Shown: positions 47,581-58,000 of the stretch, one piece after another
Layout of the letters: every line of letters starts with the position of its first letter
Position numbering within the stretch: the stretch's first letter is position 1
DNA from: a virus
Taxonomy: Duplodnaviria; Caudoviricetes
Strand: one strand, 5' to 3'
Length of the DNA stretch: 64,000 nucleotides
Virus record (IMG/VR): IMGVR_UViG_3300021256_002372
Location: 61,540-125,539 of that record
Made by a program: the position numbers and the translations under genes
Notes under the pieces: model-generated
The model's input: only the letters and a program-made list of their open reading frames with translations
Told to the model about the DNA's origin: nothing
The model's database searches: none

Positions 47581-50082
47581 GTGCGCTCAGATAGGGCGTT
47601 GTTAAAAGTAGCTTAAGGTACTACGCTGTAAGATAACACAGCAGCCAACCTGCCTAACCGAAAGGCGAAAGCTGATACGGGAACAGAGCACGGCAGGAAA
47701 GCGGTAAGTTGCCTAAAGGCATTCGGGCACGACTGAACCGCAATGGCAAGTGGATATGAGGATAAATCTGGGTCTGGTGAATGTGAGTTTCCAGTGTCCG
47801 TTCCCGGGTGGAGAGAAGAAAGTGCCTGAAACTTCTCGCTTGAAGAACAATAATGTAAGTTACCGATTATTGTGTTATCAGATACTTCAAGCCACGTGCA
47901 AGAGAACTTGTGCTAACGAAACGAAAGCATATCCGACAATCCACAACACCTATTAACAACGCTAACTGAGGATTACCTAAATCGGAAAGACTGAAAAGTC
48001 TATGTGTAATGCCGAAAGGTGATAAATTTCAAGCCGTAAAACGCAAGAAAGATGACACTGAATATCCGACAGGGTAACGGAGTCTCCATAGTAGTCCGAG
48101 GACGGTAACGCCGTCTGCATGGCGAAGGGAGACAGTTTGTGTGTACCAAAATCAAAACTTGATTAGAGAGGAAAGCCTCATATGAATTCAACAATAGAGA
48201 TTTTGGCGAGAATCAACGAAAATTCCCTAAAACATCCCGACGAAGTATTTACACGCCTGTACAGATATTTGCTGCGAGAGGATATTTATTTTATTGCATA
48301 CAAAAATCTGTACGCAAACAGCGGTGCATCGACCAAAGGAATAAACGATGATACAGCAGACGGGTTCAGCGTGGAATATATCCATTCCATAACCGAAAGT
48401 TTGCGGAATGGTACGTATCAGCCAAAACCTACACGCAGAACCTATATTGAAAAATCCAATGGAAAAATGCGCCCGATTAGTATTCCTACTTTTACGGATA
48501 AATTGGTGCAGGAAGTCATGAGAATGATTCTGGAAGCGGTATATGAGCCAATTTTCTTAGATGTTTCACATGGATTCAGACCTAACAGGAGCTGTCATAC
48601 AGCACTGGAACAAATCAAACACGAATTTACAGGAACAAGATGGTTCATTGAGGGTGACATTAAAGGCTGTTTTGACAACATTGACCATGAAACACTTGTC
48701 TCCATTGTGAACCGCAAAATCAAAGACGCACGATTTATCCAACTGCTTTGGAAAATCCTGAAAGCCGGATATTTAGAGGACTGGAGATACAACAAAACAT
48801 TCAGCGGAACGCCGCAAGGCGGTATCATTTCCCCGATTCTTGCTAATATTTACCTGCACGAATTGGATAAGAAAATAATGGAAATCCGCAAGAGATTCTA
48901 TAAACCGCGTGAACGCGCATATACTCCGGAATACTCTAAATTACAGCATGAAATACGCGCCATTAAAACAAAAATCAGCCGTGCAGATGGAGAAGAAAAG
49001 GCAGAGTTGATAAGGGAACTGAAAAAAGTCCGAAAACGACAAAGAAGCACACCTTGTGTCTCACAGACAGATAAACGCCTATCATATGTCCGCTATGCAG
49101 ATGATTTTATCATTGGTGTAGTCGGCAGCCGAGAGGACTGCGAACGAATCAAACAAGAATTGACAGAATATGTTGCAGGAGAACTAAAAATGGAACTGAG
49201 TGCAGAAAAGACGCTCATTACACACAGCAACAACAAAGCGCGGTTTTTAGGCTATGACATTCGAGTGCGCAGAGACAGCAAGGTAAAAAAGACAAAGGCA
49301 GGACGTAAAGTCAGAACCCTGAGCAACAAAGTAGAACGCACAGTTCCCATAAAAGACAAAATTGAAAAATTCCTTTTTTCTCACGGTATTGTCTACCTGA
49401 AAAATGGAAAACTCACGCCATGCCACAGGAACAGACTGCTGCACTTGACAGACCTTGAAATAGTGACCGCATATGGTGCAGAAATCAGAGGCATTTGCAA
49501 TTACTACAATCTTGCCAGCAACTACTTGGATTTGCATTATTTCTGTTACCTTATGGAGTACAGCTGCCTGAAAACACTTGCCGCAAAGCATAGAACGAGT
49601 CTAAAAAAGATTCGGAATAAATATGCCAATGGTAAGAAATGGGGCGTACCCTATGAAACCAAAAAAGAACAGAAAATCGCAGCACTTCCCACACAAGCAG
49701 ACTGCGCAAATGTCAAGAACGGAACGGATACCATCCCGATATTGACAATACAACATCTACACAGTCGTACAAAATTCGAGGACAGGCTTAAAGCAAGAAA
49801 ATGCGAACTTTGTGGCAGTGAGGACAGCGAGCATTTCGAGATTCATCACGTAAACAAAGTGAAAAATCTCAAAGGGAAAACACTCTGGGAACAAATTATG
49901 ATAGCCAAAAGGCGAAAAACACTTGTGGTATGTCGGGAATGCCACAAGAGAATTCACGGGAAACAAAGTTGATTGAACGCAAATGGAGAGCCGGATACTC
50001 CGAGAGGGGTAAGTCCGGTTCGGAGGGGGGCTTGTGTAAACCTACTGTAGCAATACAGCAAGGCGACACTTGCCTACCCTAC
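47581..50082 (+). mobile_element. Group II intron (Ll.LtrB/ML-like) in the Clp protease gene
   Basis: 5' GTGCGC; domain V GAGCCGGATACTCCGAGAGGGGTAAGTCCGGTTC near 49990; 3' CCTAC; removal restores NSPGGN|VFAAAEIY. Confidence 0.93.
48182..49972 (+). CDS. ltrA: Group II intron reverse transcriptase/maturase with HNH endonuclease
   Basis: SHGFRP, EGDIKGCFD, PQGGIISP, YADD, CELC..HHV..C..CH. Confidence 0.95.
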   Translation: MNSTIEILARINENSLKHPDEVFTRLYRYLLREDIYFIAYKNLYANSGASTKGINDDTADGFSVEYIHSITESLRNGTYQPKPTRRTYIEKSNGKMRPISIPTFTDKLVQEVMRMILEAVYEPIFLDVSHGFRPNRSCHTALEQIKHEFTGTRWFIEGDIKGCFDNIDHETLVSIVNRKIKDARFIQLLWKILKAGYLEDWRYNKTFSGTPQGGIISPILANIYLHELDKKIMEIRKRFYKPRERAYTPEYSKLQHEIRAIKTKISRADGEEKAELIRELKKVRKRQRSTPCVSQTDKRLSYVRYADDFIIGVVGSREDCERIKQELTEYVAGELKMELSAEKTLITHSNNKARFLGYDIRVRRDSKVKKTKAGRKVRTLSNKVERTVPIKDKIEKFLFSHGIVYLKNGKLTPCHRNRLLHLTDLEIVTAYGAEIRGICNYYNLASNYLDLHYFCYLMEYSCLKTLAAKHRTSLKKIRNKYANGKKWGVPYETKKEQKIAALPTQADCANVKNGTDTIPILTIQHLHSRTKFEDRLKARKCELCGSEDSEHFEIHHVNKVKNLKGKTLWEQIMIAKRRKTLVVCRECHKRIHGKQS

Positions 50083-50826
50083 GTGTTCGCCGCAGCAGAA
50101 ATCTACACGATGATTCGGGATTATCCGCACAACGTTACTGTCAGAATTGCAAGTATCGCGGCTTCTGCTGCGAGTGTGATCGCAATGGCAGGAAATACCG
50201 TGCAGATGTCTCCGACCGCGCTCCTGTTTGTGCATGACCCGTCCACAATTGCGATGGGAAACGCCAAGGACATGGAAAAAGCAATCGCAACGCTCAATGA
50301 GATCAAGGAAAGCATTATCAACGCATATGCAGCAAAAACGGGGCTTTCCCGAAATAAAATCTCAAAGCTCATGAGCGATGAAACGTGGATCAATGCAAAA
50401 AAGGCGGTCGAGCTGGGCTTTGCGGATGAGATTCTCTTTGACGAAAGGCCGGAACCGGACAAGAAGCAGGATGAGCCTGACGATCCGGACGAGCCTGAGA
50501 AGCCCGATGAGGAAGGCGGTGACGATGAGGGCGATGAAAAGAAAGAGACCGAAAAGAAGCCGTTCAAGCTGGACACCGGCGATGCCCTTTGGGAGTACAG
50601 TACCCGTGTCATGGGACAGACCATTCTGGGAAAGATCACCGCTTCCGCTGAATCCGAGGACACAGAGCCGCCCGCTGACCGCAAGGCAGATGATGCACCG
50701 AAACCTTCCGAGGAAGGGGTAACTGTTACTGTGCCGGATATGCCTGTGATCGGCATGGACGGTAAAACCGCAGACGGCGCAATGCCGTATGAAATTCTGA
50801 AACAGCAGCTTGCTTTTCTTAGATAA
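50083..50826 (+). CDS. ClpP-like prohead protease, exon 2
   Basis: AASAAS, VHDP, ETWINAKKAVELGFAD; acidic C-terminal linker. Confidence 0.88.
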   Translation: MFAAAEIYTMIRDYPHNVTVRIASIAASAASVIAMAGNTVQMSPTALLFVHDPSTIAMGNAKDMEKAIATLNEIKESIINAYAAKTGLSRNKISKLMSDETWINAKKAVELGFADEILFDERPEPDKKQDEPDDPDEPEKPDEEGGDDEGDEKKETEKKPFKLDTGDALWEYSTRVMGQTILGKITASAESEDTEPPADRKADDAPKPSEEGVTVTVPDMPVIGMDGKTADGAMPYEILKQQLAFLR

Positions 50827-50883
50827 GCAGGCTGTATTTTTATGACCGCCGGAGTTTTACCTCCGGAGAATAGGAGAAAAGAT

Positions 50884-52140
50884 ATGAGTAAGATCATGGA
50901 ACTTCGCAGCAAGCGTAATACCCTGTGGGAGCAGACAAAGGCATTCCTCGAAAAGCACCGTGGTGAGAACGGTCTTGTTGAGGCTTCCGCAGTGGAGCAG
51001 TACAACAAAATGGCTGGTGAGGTGCAGGCACTCGGCGCAGAGATCGAGCGTCTTGAGCAGCAGGCAGCACTCGATGCGGCGCTTTCCGCACCGACCAGCA
51101 AGCCTGTCACCAACGCTCCCGGCACAAAGAATACGCCGCCCACCAACCCGACCGCAACCGACGAGTACAAGTCCGCCTTCTGGGATATGATCCGCAACAA
51201 GGGCGATCAGCTTGCAGTCCGCAATGCACTCTCTGTCGGCGAGGACACCGAGGGCGGCTACACTGTGCCGGACGAGTTCGAGCGCCGTCTGATTCAGGCT
51301 CTCGAAGAGAACAACATCTTCCGTCAGATGGCGACCGTCATCAAGACCAACAGCGGTACTCGCAAGATCCCTATCGCCAACGATACGATGGAGGCGCAGT
51401 GGATCGATGAGGGTGAGGAGATCCCGGAGACCGACACTCGTTTTGGTCAGACCACGCTCTCGGCATACAAGCTGGGTACGATGATCAAGATCTCGAACGA
51501 ACTGCTTCACGATTCCGCCTTCGACCTCGCAAGCTATATCGCTGTACGCTTCGGTGTGGCAATGGGCAATGCGGAGGAGCGTGCGTTCTTCACCGGTGAC
51601 GGCGATAAGAAGCCCCTCGGTATCCTCGATGAGACCGGCGGCGCAGAGCTGGGCGTGACTGCGGCATCCCAGACGGCGATCACCTTCGATGAGGTGTTCG
51701 ACCTGTACTACAGCCTCAAGAGCCCCTACCGCAGGAATGCACAGTTCGTCTGCAACGAGACCATCCTGCTTCAGCTCATGAAGCTGAAGGACAAGAACGA
51801 CAACTACCTCTGGAAGCCGTCGCTCGACATCGCAAAGCCGGATACACTGCTCGGCAGACCGATCCGCACCTCTTCTTTTATGCCGGGTATCGCAAAGGGC
51901 GAGCGTGTGCTGCTCTTCGGTGATATGAAGAATTATTGGGTCGCTGACCGTCAGAACCGCACCTTCCGCCGTCTGAACGAGCTGTATGCCCGCACCGATC
52001 AGGTCGGCTTCCTCACCACACAGCGTGTGGACGGTCGTCTCATCCTGCCGGAGTCTGTGAAGGTTCTCAAGATGGCAGGCACCAAGTCCAACACCACGGG
52101 CGGCGGCACGACTGGCGGTAACACCGGCGGCAACGGCTGA
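50884..52140 (+). CDS. HK97-family major capsid protein
   Basis: EGGYTVPDEF, KISNELLHDS, FGD, RVDG. Confidence 0.95.
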   Translation: MSKIMELRSKRNTLWEQTKAFLEKHRGENGLVEASAVEQYNKMAGEVQALGAEIERLEQQAALDAALSAPTSKPVTNAPGTKNTPPTNPTATDEYKSAFWDMIRNKGDQLAVRNALSVGEDTEGGYTVPDEFERRLIQALEENNIFRQMATVIKTNSGTRKIPIANDTMEAQWIDEGEEIPETDTRFGQTTLSAYKLGTMIKISNELLHDSAFDLASYIAVRFGVAMGNAEERAFFTGDGDKKPLGILDETGGAELGVTAASQTAITFDEVFDLYYSLKSPYRRNAQFVCNETILLQLMKLKDKNDNYLWKPSLDIAKPDTLLGRPIRTSSFMPGIAKGERVLLFGDMKNYWVADRQNRTFRRLNELYARTDQVGFLTTQRVDGRLILPESVKVLKMAGTKSNTTGGGTTGGNTGGNG

Positions 52141-52160
52141 TAAGAACGGAGGGCAGATAA

Positions 52161-52439
52161 GTGAATCTGATCTCACTGCCTGAAACAAAAAATTACCTCC
52201 GTGTTGACCACTGTGAGGATGACAAGCTCATCCTCACTCTGATCGATACGGCGCAGCGGCTCGTGATGGATGTGGGGCGCATGAATGAAAAGCAGTTAGC
52301 GGAAAATGAGGAAACCTCCCGGCAGGCTATGCTGTATACTGTTTCTTACCTCTATGAAAACCGCAATACTGCTGATTATCATGCGCTGACGTTGACACTC
52401 AGGGCGCTGTTATTCGCACAGAGGGAGGGCATCGTCTGA
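52161..52439 (+). CDS. Head-tail connector (gp6-like)
   Basis: KNYLRVD..DDKLI..YLYENR. Confidence 0.88.
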   Translation: MNLISLPETKNYLRVDHCEDDKLILTLIDTAQRLVMDVGRMNEKQLAENEETSRQAMLYTVSYLYENRNTADYHALTLTLRALLFAQREGIV

Positions 52440-52804
52440 TGGAGATCGGGAAACTGAATCAGCGGATCGCCATCCTCGAAAATCATGTCAAAAAAGATGC
52501 TATCGGAAATCACAAAGCCCGGTGGGAGGAGGTTTTCTCTCTCTGGGCTTCTGTGACGGTATCCAATACCGTGGGCGGTGCAACTGAGGAGACCAATACC
52601 GGAGTGACCAGAGAGATACAAAAGATCGAGGTCATTATCCGGCAGACTCCGCAGACAAAGCGCATGGCATCGACTGCGTACAAGATCCGTTTTGATGGGA
52701 TCGGCTACGACATCAAGGGCATTGTGCCGAATTATCAGACGCAGGACTATATGAAGCTGATCTGCGAATCACGAAGGGCTGGTGCAAAGGATGACATCTA
52801 TTGA
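52439..52804 (+). CDS. Head-tail adaptor / head closure protein
   Basis: GKLNQRI..DAIGN..W..YDIKGI; synteny. Confidence 0.82.
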   Translation: MEIGKLNQRIAILENHVKKDAIGNHKARWEEVFSLWASVTVSNTVGGATEETNTGVTREIQKIEVIIRQTPQTKRMASTAYKIRFDGIGYDIKGIVPNYQTQDYMKLICESRRAGAKDDIY

Positions 52805-53159
52805 CGATATGGCTGCGGAGATCATGGAGGGCTTGTCGGAGTACGCAGAGCTTGCGGATACAGCAATGAAAAAAGCAGTCCGCAAGACTGCGACTGCCGT
52901 CAAAAACGAGATCTCTGCAAACGCCCCTGTGAAATCCGGACGTTATAAGCGTAGCTGGACGACCAAGAAAACCAAGGAAAACAGCCACACGCTGGAAATG
53001 ACCGTCCACAGCAAAGACCGCTATCAGATCGCACATCTGCTCGAACACGGTCATGCGAAACGAGGTGGTGGTCGTGTAGCAGCTATCCCGCATATTGCAC
53101 CGGCAGAAACGCATGGTGAGGAAATGCTGGAATCCCTCATCGAAAAGGCACTGTCATAA
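52791..53159 (+). CDS. HK97 gp10-family protein
   Basis: APVKSGRY..HLLEHGH..PHIAPA. Confidence 0.85.
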   Translation: MTSIDDMAAEIMEGLSEYAELADTAMKKAVRKTATAVKNEISANAPVKSGRYKRSWTTKKTKENSHTLEMTVHSKDRYQIAHLLEHGHAKRGGGRVAAIPHIAPAETHGEEMLESLIEKALS

Positions 53160-53171
53160 GGAGGGGCATTC

Positions 53172-53489
53172 GTGACCTACGAGGAAATCAATGAAATGAT
53201 GCAGGAGATCGGGCTGCCCTTTGCGTATCATCACTTCGCAGAGGGTGAAAGTCCGGAGCCTCCGTTCACGCTTTTTCTGTCGCCCGGTGAAAATACATTC
53301 GGTGCGGATGACTTGATGTATGTCAGCTTCAAGCGGCTTCACATCGAGCTTTACACCGATGAAAAATCCCCAGATACGGAGGAGCGTGTGGAGGAAGTGC
53401 TGCATCAGCACAATATCTATTACACAAAAACTGAGGTCTGGATAGAGTCCGAAAAGCTCTATGAAGTCCTTTATACAATGGAGGTATGA
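53172..53489 (+). CDS. Tail completion/terminator protein
   Basis: PFAYHHF..IELYTD..WIESEKLYEVLY; synteny. Confidence 0.75.
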   Translation: MTYEEINEMMQEIGLPFAYHHFAEGESPEPPFTLFLSPGENTFGADDLMYVSFKRLHIELYTDEKSPDTEERVEEVLHQHNIYYTKTEVWIESEKLYEVLYTMEV

Positions 53490-53491
53490 AT

Positions 53492-54121
53492 ATGGCTCTG
53501 AAGAAAAACAAGGTCAAGTTCGGTCTGAACAAGGTTCACTGGGCAAAGATCACGGCATGGAGCGATAACGGCGTTCCCACGTTCGCAACGCCTGTGCGCC
53601 TGCCCGGTGCGGTCTCGCTGAGCATCGACGCCAACGGCGAGAACGACAATTTCTACGCTGACAACACCGTTTACTACGTCATCAACAACAACGCCGGCTA
53701 CGAGGGCGATCTGGAGGTGGCGCTCATCACCACCGACTTTGCAACGACGATCCTCGGCGAACAGCTCGACAGCAAGGGCGTCCTGGTGGAGCGCAATGAT
53801 GCGGAGACTTCGCAGTTCGCACTGCTCTTTGAGTTTGACGGCGACAAGAACCACATCCGTCATGTGCTGTACTGCTGCTCGGCAAGTCGTCCTGCGACTG
53901 AGGGTCAGACCACCGAGGAGAGCAAGGAGGTCAAGACCGAAACGCTGTCTCTGAAGGCATCTGCGCTGCCCAGCGGTCTGGTGAAATCCAAGACCTGTGA
54001 GAGCACGGATGAAACCACTTACAACAACTGGTACAACTCCGTGTATATCCCCACGGCGGCGACCACCAACAGCACCGGCACCAAGACCGCAAGCACCACC
54101 AAGGCATCCACCACTGACTGA
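53492..54121 (+). CDS. Major tail protein (phi13-like)
   Basis: NKVKFGL..FYADN..GYEGDLE..FALLFEFDGD. Confidence 0.88.
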   Translation: MALKKNKVKFGLNKVHWAKITAWSDNGVPTFATPVRLPGAVSLSIDANGENDNFYADNTVYYVINNNAGYEGDLEVALITTDFATTILGEQLDSKGVLVERNDAETSQFALLFEFDGDKNHIRHVLYCCSASRPATEGQTTEESKEVKTETLSLKASALPSGLVKSKTCESTDETTYNNWYNSVYIPTAATTNSTGTKTASTTKASTTD

Positions 54122-54137
54122 TTCGGAGGAGAAAAAT

Positions 54138-54518
54138 ATGGCTATCAAGAAGATCATCACCGTTGACGGCATCGAAGTCCCGTTCAAGGCGAGCGCAACG
54201 CTGCCTCGCCTGTACCGTGCCAAGTTCCGCAAGGATATCTTCAAGGACTTCTCTGCACTGAAGACCTCTGTTGACGAGAGCGATGAGGAAAACTCCGGTC
54301 TCGGTATCGAGAGCCTGGAGGTCTTTGAGAATATCGCATGGACAATGGCAAAGCACGCCGATCCGCAGGGCGTTCCGGACAGCCCGGACGAGTGGCTGGA
54401 GCAGTTCAACACCTTCTCGATCTACGAGGTACTGCCGCAGCTCTTTGAACTGTGGGGCGTGAACCTGGAGACGCAGGCAGAGTCAAAAAAAAATCTCGCC
54501 CAGTTGACCGCGAGATGA
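54138..54518 (+). CDS. Tail assembly chaperone G
   Basis: Between major tail and tape measure genes; ends AESKKNL at a slippery A9 run. Confidence 0.82.
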   Translation: MAIKKIITVDGIEVPFKASATLPRLYRAKFRKDIFKDFSALKTSVDESDEENSGLGIESLEVFENIAWTMAKHADPQGVPDSPDEWLEQFNTFSIYEVLPQLFELWGVNLETQAESKKNLAQLTAR

Positions 54519-54679
54519 CAACGCCGCTGTTCCTTCTCCGATGTGTGCAGATCGGGCTGAGTTTATCTGACCTTGATCTGCTCACCATCGGAATGGTCAA
54601 CGAAATGTTCATTGAAAAGGATAATGACGACTATGATTACCCCTATAAAGCAACTCAGGCGCAGATGGATGCCTTTTAA
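54485..54679 (+). CDS. Tail assembly chaperone T segment (-1 frameshift product GT)
   Basis: A9 run at 54485-54493 followed by a -1 frame ORF ..MTTPLFLLRCVQIG..KATQAQMDAF. Confidence 0.75.
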   Translation, partial: KKKSRPVDREMTTPLFLLRCVQIGLSLSDLDLLTIGMVNEMFIEKDNDDYDYPYKATQAQMDAF

Positions 54680-54942
54680 TGCACTCCGTGTGTCACTCTA
54701 TCCTCTACCTCGGCTCTTTTTCCATCGTTAAAACGGTCGAGAGAGCCGACGAGGTAGCCCGTGATGCGGCGTACCCGGTCAAACGGGATATCTGCAAACT
54801 CATATTTCAGGTCTACAAAGTCGCCGTCCGGTGTGATCGTCATTTTATTGATGATCTTATTGGGATATAGTTCTTTTGCACGAGCGATATATGTGTCAAT
54901 TTCCTGCTGAGGGATCTGCTGTCCGATTACTTCTATTTTCAT
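54676..54942 (-). CDS. 88-aa stand-alone NrdD-type glycyl-radical domain protein (moron)
   Basis: RRITGYL..FNDGKRAEVEDRVTH matches the NrdD C-terminus RRTCGYL..WNQGRTAEIKDRVMH. Confidence 0.82.
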   Translation of the reverse strand: MKIEVIGQQIPQQEIDTYIARAKELYPNKIINKMTITPDGDFVDLKYEFADIPFDRVRRITGYLVGSLDRFNDGKRAEVEDRVTHGVH

Positions 54943-55030
54943 TTTATATTCACCTACAAGTTCAGTATTTCATAGTAAAGCCCCTACCGGAACACAGAGG
55001 TGGTTGCATTACCCGGCAGGAGCTATAACT

Positions 55031-55059
55031 ATTATAATGTATATCTTTGAAAAAGTCAA
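55031..55059 (-). promoter_or_regulatory. Sigma-A promoter TTGACT-N17-TATAAT for the glycyl-radical moron
   Basis: Near-consensus boxes on the minus strand. Confidence 0.75.
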
Positions 55060-55083
55060 CTGAAAAATGGGAGGTGATATCGC

Positions 55084-58000
55084 ATGGCAAACAGAATCAA
55101 GGGTATTACCGTTGAGATCGGCGGCGATACCACAAAACTCAGCAAAGCACTTGAGGGTGTCAACAAAAACATCCGAAACACGCAGACACAGCTAAAAGAT
55201 GTAGAAAAGCTGCTGAAGCTCGATCCGACAAATACGGAACTGCTGTCGCAGAAACAGCGATTGCTTGCCGATGCCGTATCATCGACCAGTGACAAGCTCG
55301 AAACGCTGAAAAAAGCAAGCGAACAGGCGGCAAAGACCAAGGACAATTACGATGCTTGGAAGGCGAAATACGATCCGCTGAAGCAGAAGATCACTGAGAC
55401 GGAGACCAAACTCGCTGACCTGAAAGAGCAGGCAAAAACTGCCGATGAGCAGCTTGCAAAGGGCGAGATCTCGCAGGAGAAATATGATGCACTGCAAAGG
55501 GAGATAAAGGAAACGACAGATGAACTGTCCGGACTGAGACAGCAGGCTAAGGATGTGTCTGATGAATTCGGACATCCGATCTCACCGGAGCAGTACGATT
55601 CCCTTCAGCGTGAAATTATCGAAACAGAACAGGAGCTTCAGAACCTACAGCGTGAAGCGGACAACTCCCGCACGGCACTTGTGAAGATCGGTGAAGCCGG
55701 CGAGTCGATGGAAAAGGTCGGTGACAAGATCGCAGGTGTCGGCACCAACCTGACTAAATATGTGACCGCCCCGATTCTCGGATTGGGTACTGCTGCCGTG
55801 AAAACGACGGCGGATTTTGATGCTTCCATGAGCAAGGTCTCCGCTGTGTCCGGTGCGACCGGTGAGGATCTGGAGGAGCTTCGTGCCAAAGCCCGTGAGA
55901 TGGGCAGTCAGACGAAATTCTCCGCATCAGAAGCCGCCGATGCCATGAACTACATGGCGATGGCGGGTTGGAAAACAACGGATATGCTCGACGGTGTTGA
56001 GGGTATCATGAACCTTGCCGCCGCATCTGGCGAGGACTTGGCGACCACATCGGATATCGTCACCGATGCTTTGACGGCACTCGGCATGAGCGCAGAGGAT
56101 TCGGCACATTTCGCAGATATTCTGGCAGCGGCATCGAGTAATGCCAATACCAATGTGTCGCTTATGGGCGAATCGTTCAAGTTTGTTGCACCTGTGGCGG
56201 GTGCGATGGGCGCATCTGCGGAAGACTTGTCTATTGCGCTGGGGCTCATGGCGAACAGCGGTATCAAGGGCTCTCAGGCGGGTAACAGCTTGAAAAATGC
56301 ACTGGTAAACCTTGTCAAGCCGACCGATAAACAAGCTGCGGCGATGGAAAACCTCGGCCTTATCACAACGGAAACGGTCAATGTGATCGACCAGGCAGAA
56401 GTTGACAAGGCAATGGCGAAGGTCGAGAGCAAGACCATCGACGTGCAGAAAGCGCAGATCGCATACAACGATGCTGTGGAGAAATACGGCGCGGAATCCT
56501 CGCAGGCGCAGACCAAAATGCTGAATCTGCAAAAGGTCGAAAATGCCCTGACCGCTGCGCAGGAGGAACTGACCAAAGCGCAGCAAGGCACAATTGAAAC
56601 CGTCAGCACCGGGCAGTCTGCTTTTGTGGATGAGTACGGCAACATGAAATCGCTCGGCGAGATCATGAACATCCTGCGGCAAAACCTCGGCGCGGTCAAT
56701 GTTGACCTTGTGGACAGCGAGGGCAATCTGCGTGAATATGATGACATCATCGCAGAGCTGGAATCGACCGAAGAAGGTCTGACGCAGGCAGAACAGCTCA
56801 AAAATGCGGCGATCATTTTCGGCAAGCAGAACCTCTCCGGCATGATGGCGATCATCAATGCGACCGAGGAGGACTATAACAAACTGACCGATGCAATCTA
56901 CGGCTGCGAAGGTACTGCACAGAATATGGCGGAAACCATGCAGGATAATCTCAGCGGTCAGCTCACCATTTTGAAGTCGCAGCTTCAGGAGCTTGCGATC
57001 AGTTTTGGCGACCTGCTCATGCCGACCATTCGTGCGATCGTCAGCAAGATTCAGGCGTTTGTGGATAAGCTGAATGCGCTGTCTCCGGCAACCAAAGAAA
57101 CCATTCTAAAAATCGCACTGGTAGCGGCGGCGCTCGGACCGCTGCTTGTCGGCATCGGCAAAACGATCTCCACGGTCGGCAAGCTGATGCAGCTCATTTC
57201 CAAAATGCCGCAGATCATTGCAAGCTGTAAAGCCGTATTTGCAAAGCTTGGCGCGGCTATCGGAGGCATATCCGCACCTGTGGTCGCTGTTGTTGCGGTC
57301 ATCGCTGTACTGATCGCCGCTTTCAAGCACCTGTGGGATACAAATGAAGATTTCCGGAACAAGATCACGGCGATCTGGAAGCAGATCAAGGGTGCATTTG
57401 AAAAGCTGACCTCTGGTATCGTGGACAGGCTCAACGGTCTGGGATTTGACTTCAAAAACATCGGTGAAGTCATCCATGCCGTGTGGGAGGGGCTGTGCAA
57501 TTATCTCGCACCTGTCTTTGAAACGACTTTCAAGATCATCGCTGATGTGCTGTCGGCGGCGGTGGATATTATCCTCGGCATTGTCGATGTATTCATCGGC
57601 ATTTTCACCGGCGACTGGGACAAGGCGTGGACAGGAATCAAGGAGCTTTTCTCCGGCATCTGGGATGCTATTGTGGGTATTCTGGACGGCGCACTGAACC
57701 TGCTCTGTAACCTGTTCGGCACGGATCTCGAAACGGTTAAGTCCTTCTGGACGGATGTCTGGACAAACATCAAGGCGTTTTTCGTGAATATCTGGAACAG
57801 CATTACCGGCTTTATTACCGGTGTGCTGAATGGCATCAAGACCTTTTTCACGAACGTCTGGACTACGATCAAGGACTTCTTCGTGGGCATCTGGACGGCG
57901 ATCTACAACAGTGTGGCGGAAAAGATCGAGCTGATCCGGTTCGTCATCACGACCGTTTGGAACGCCATTTATACAACGATCAGCACGGTGCTGAATGCGA

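Noticed and set aside
47125-47616. ORF-track calls 47125-47616 and 49930-50826 as two genes or a pseudogene
   Set aside because: They are the two exons of one Clp protease read into intron sequence
48182-49972. DGR, retron or defence reverse transcriptase
   Set aside because: It has maturase and HNH domains, domain V and precise group II intron boundaries
54676-54942. Decayed nrdD pseudogene fragment
   Set aside because: Intact ORF with its own promoter, leader and a distinct N-terminus, and diverged from the phage nrdD; not fully excluded without homologue data
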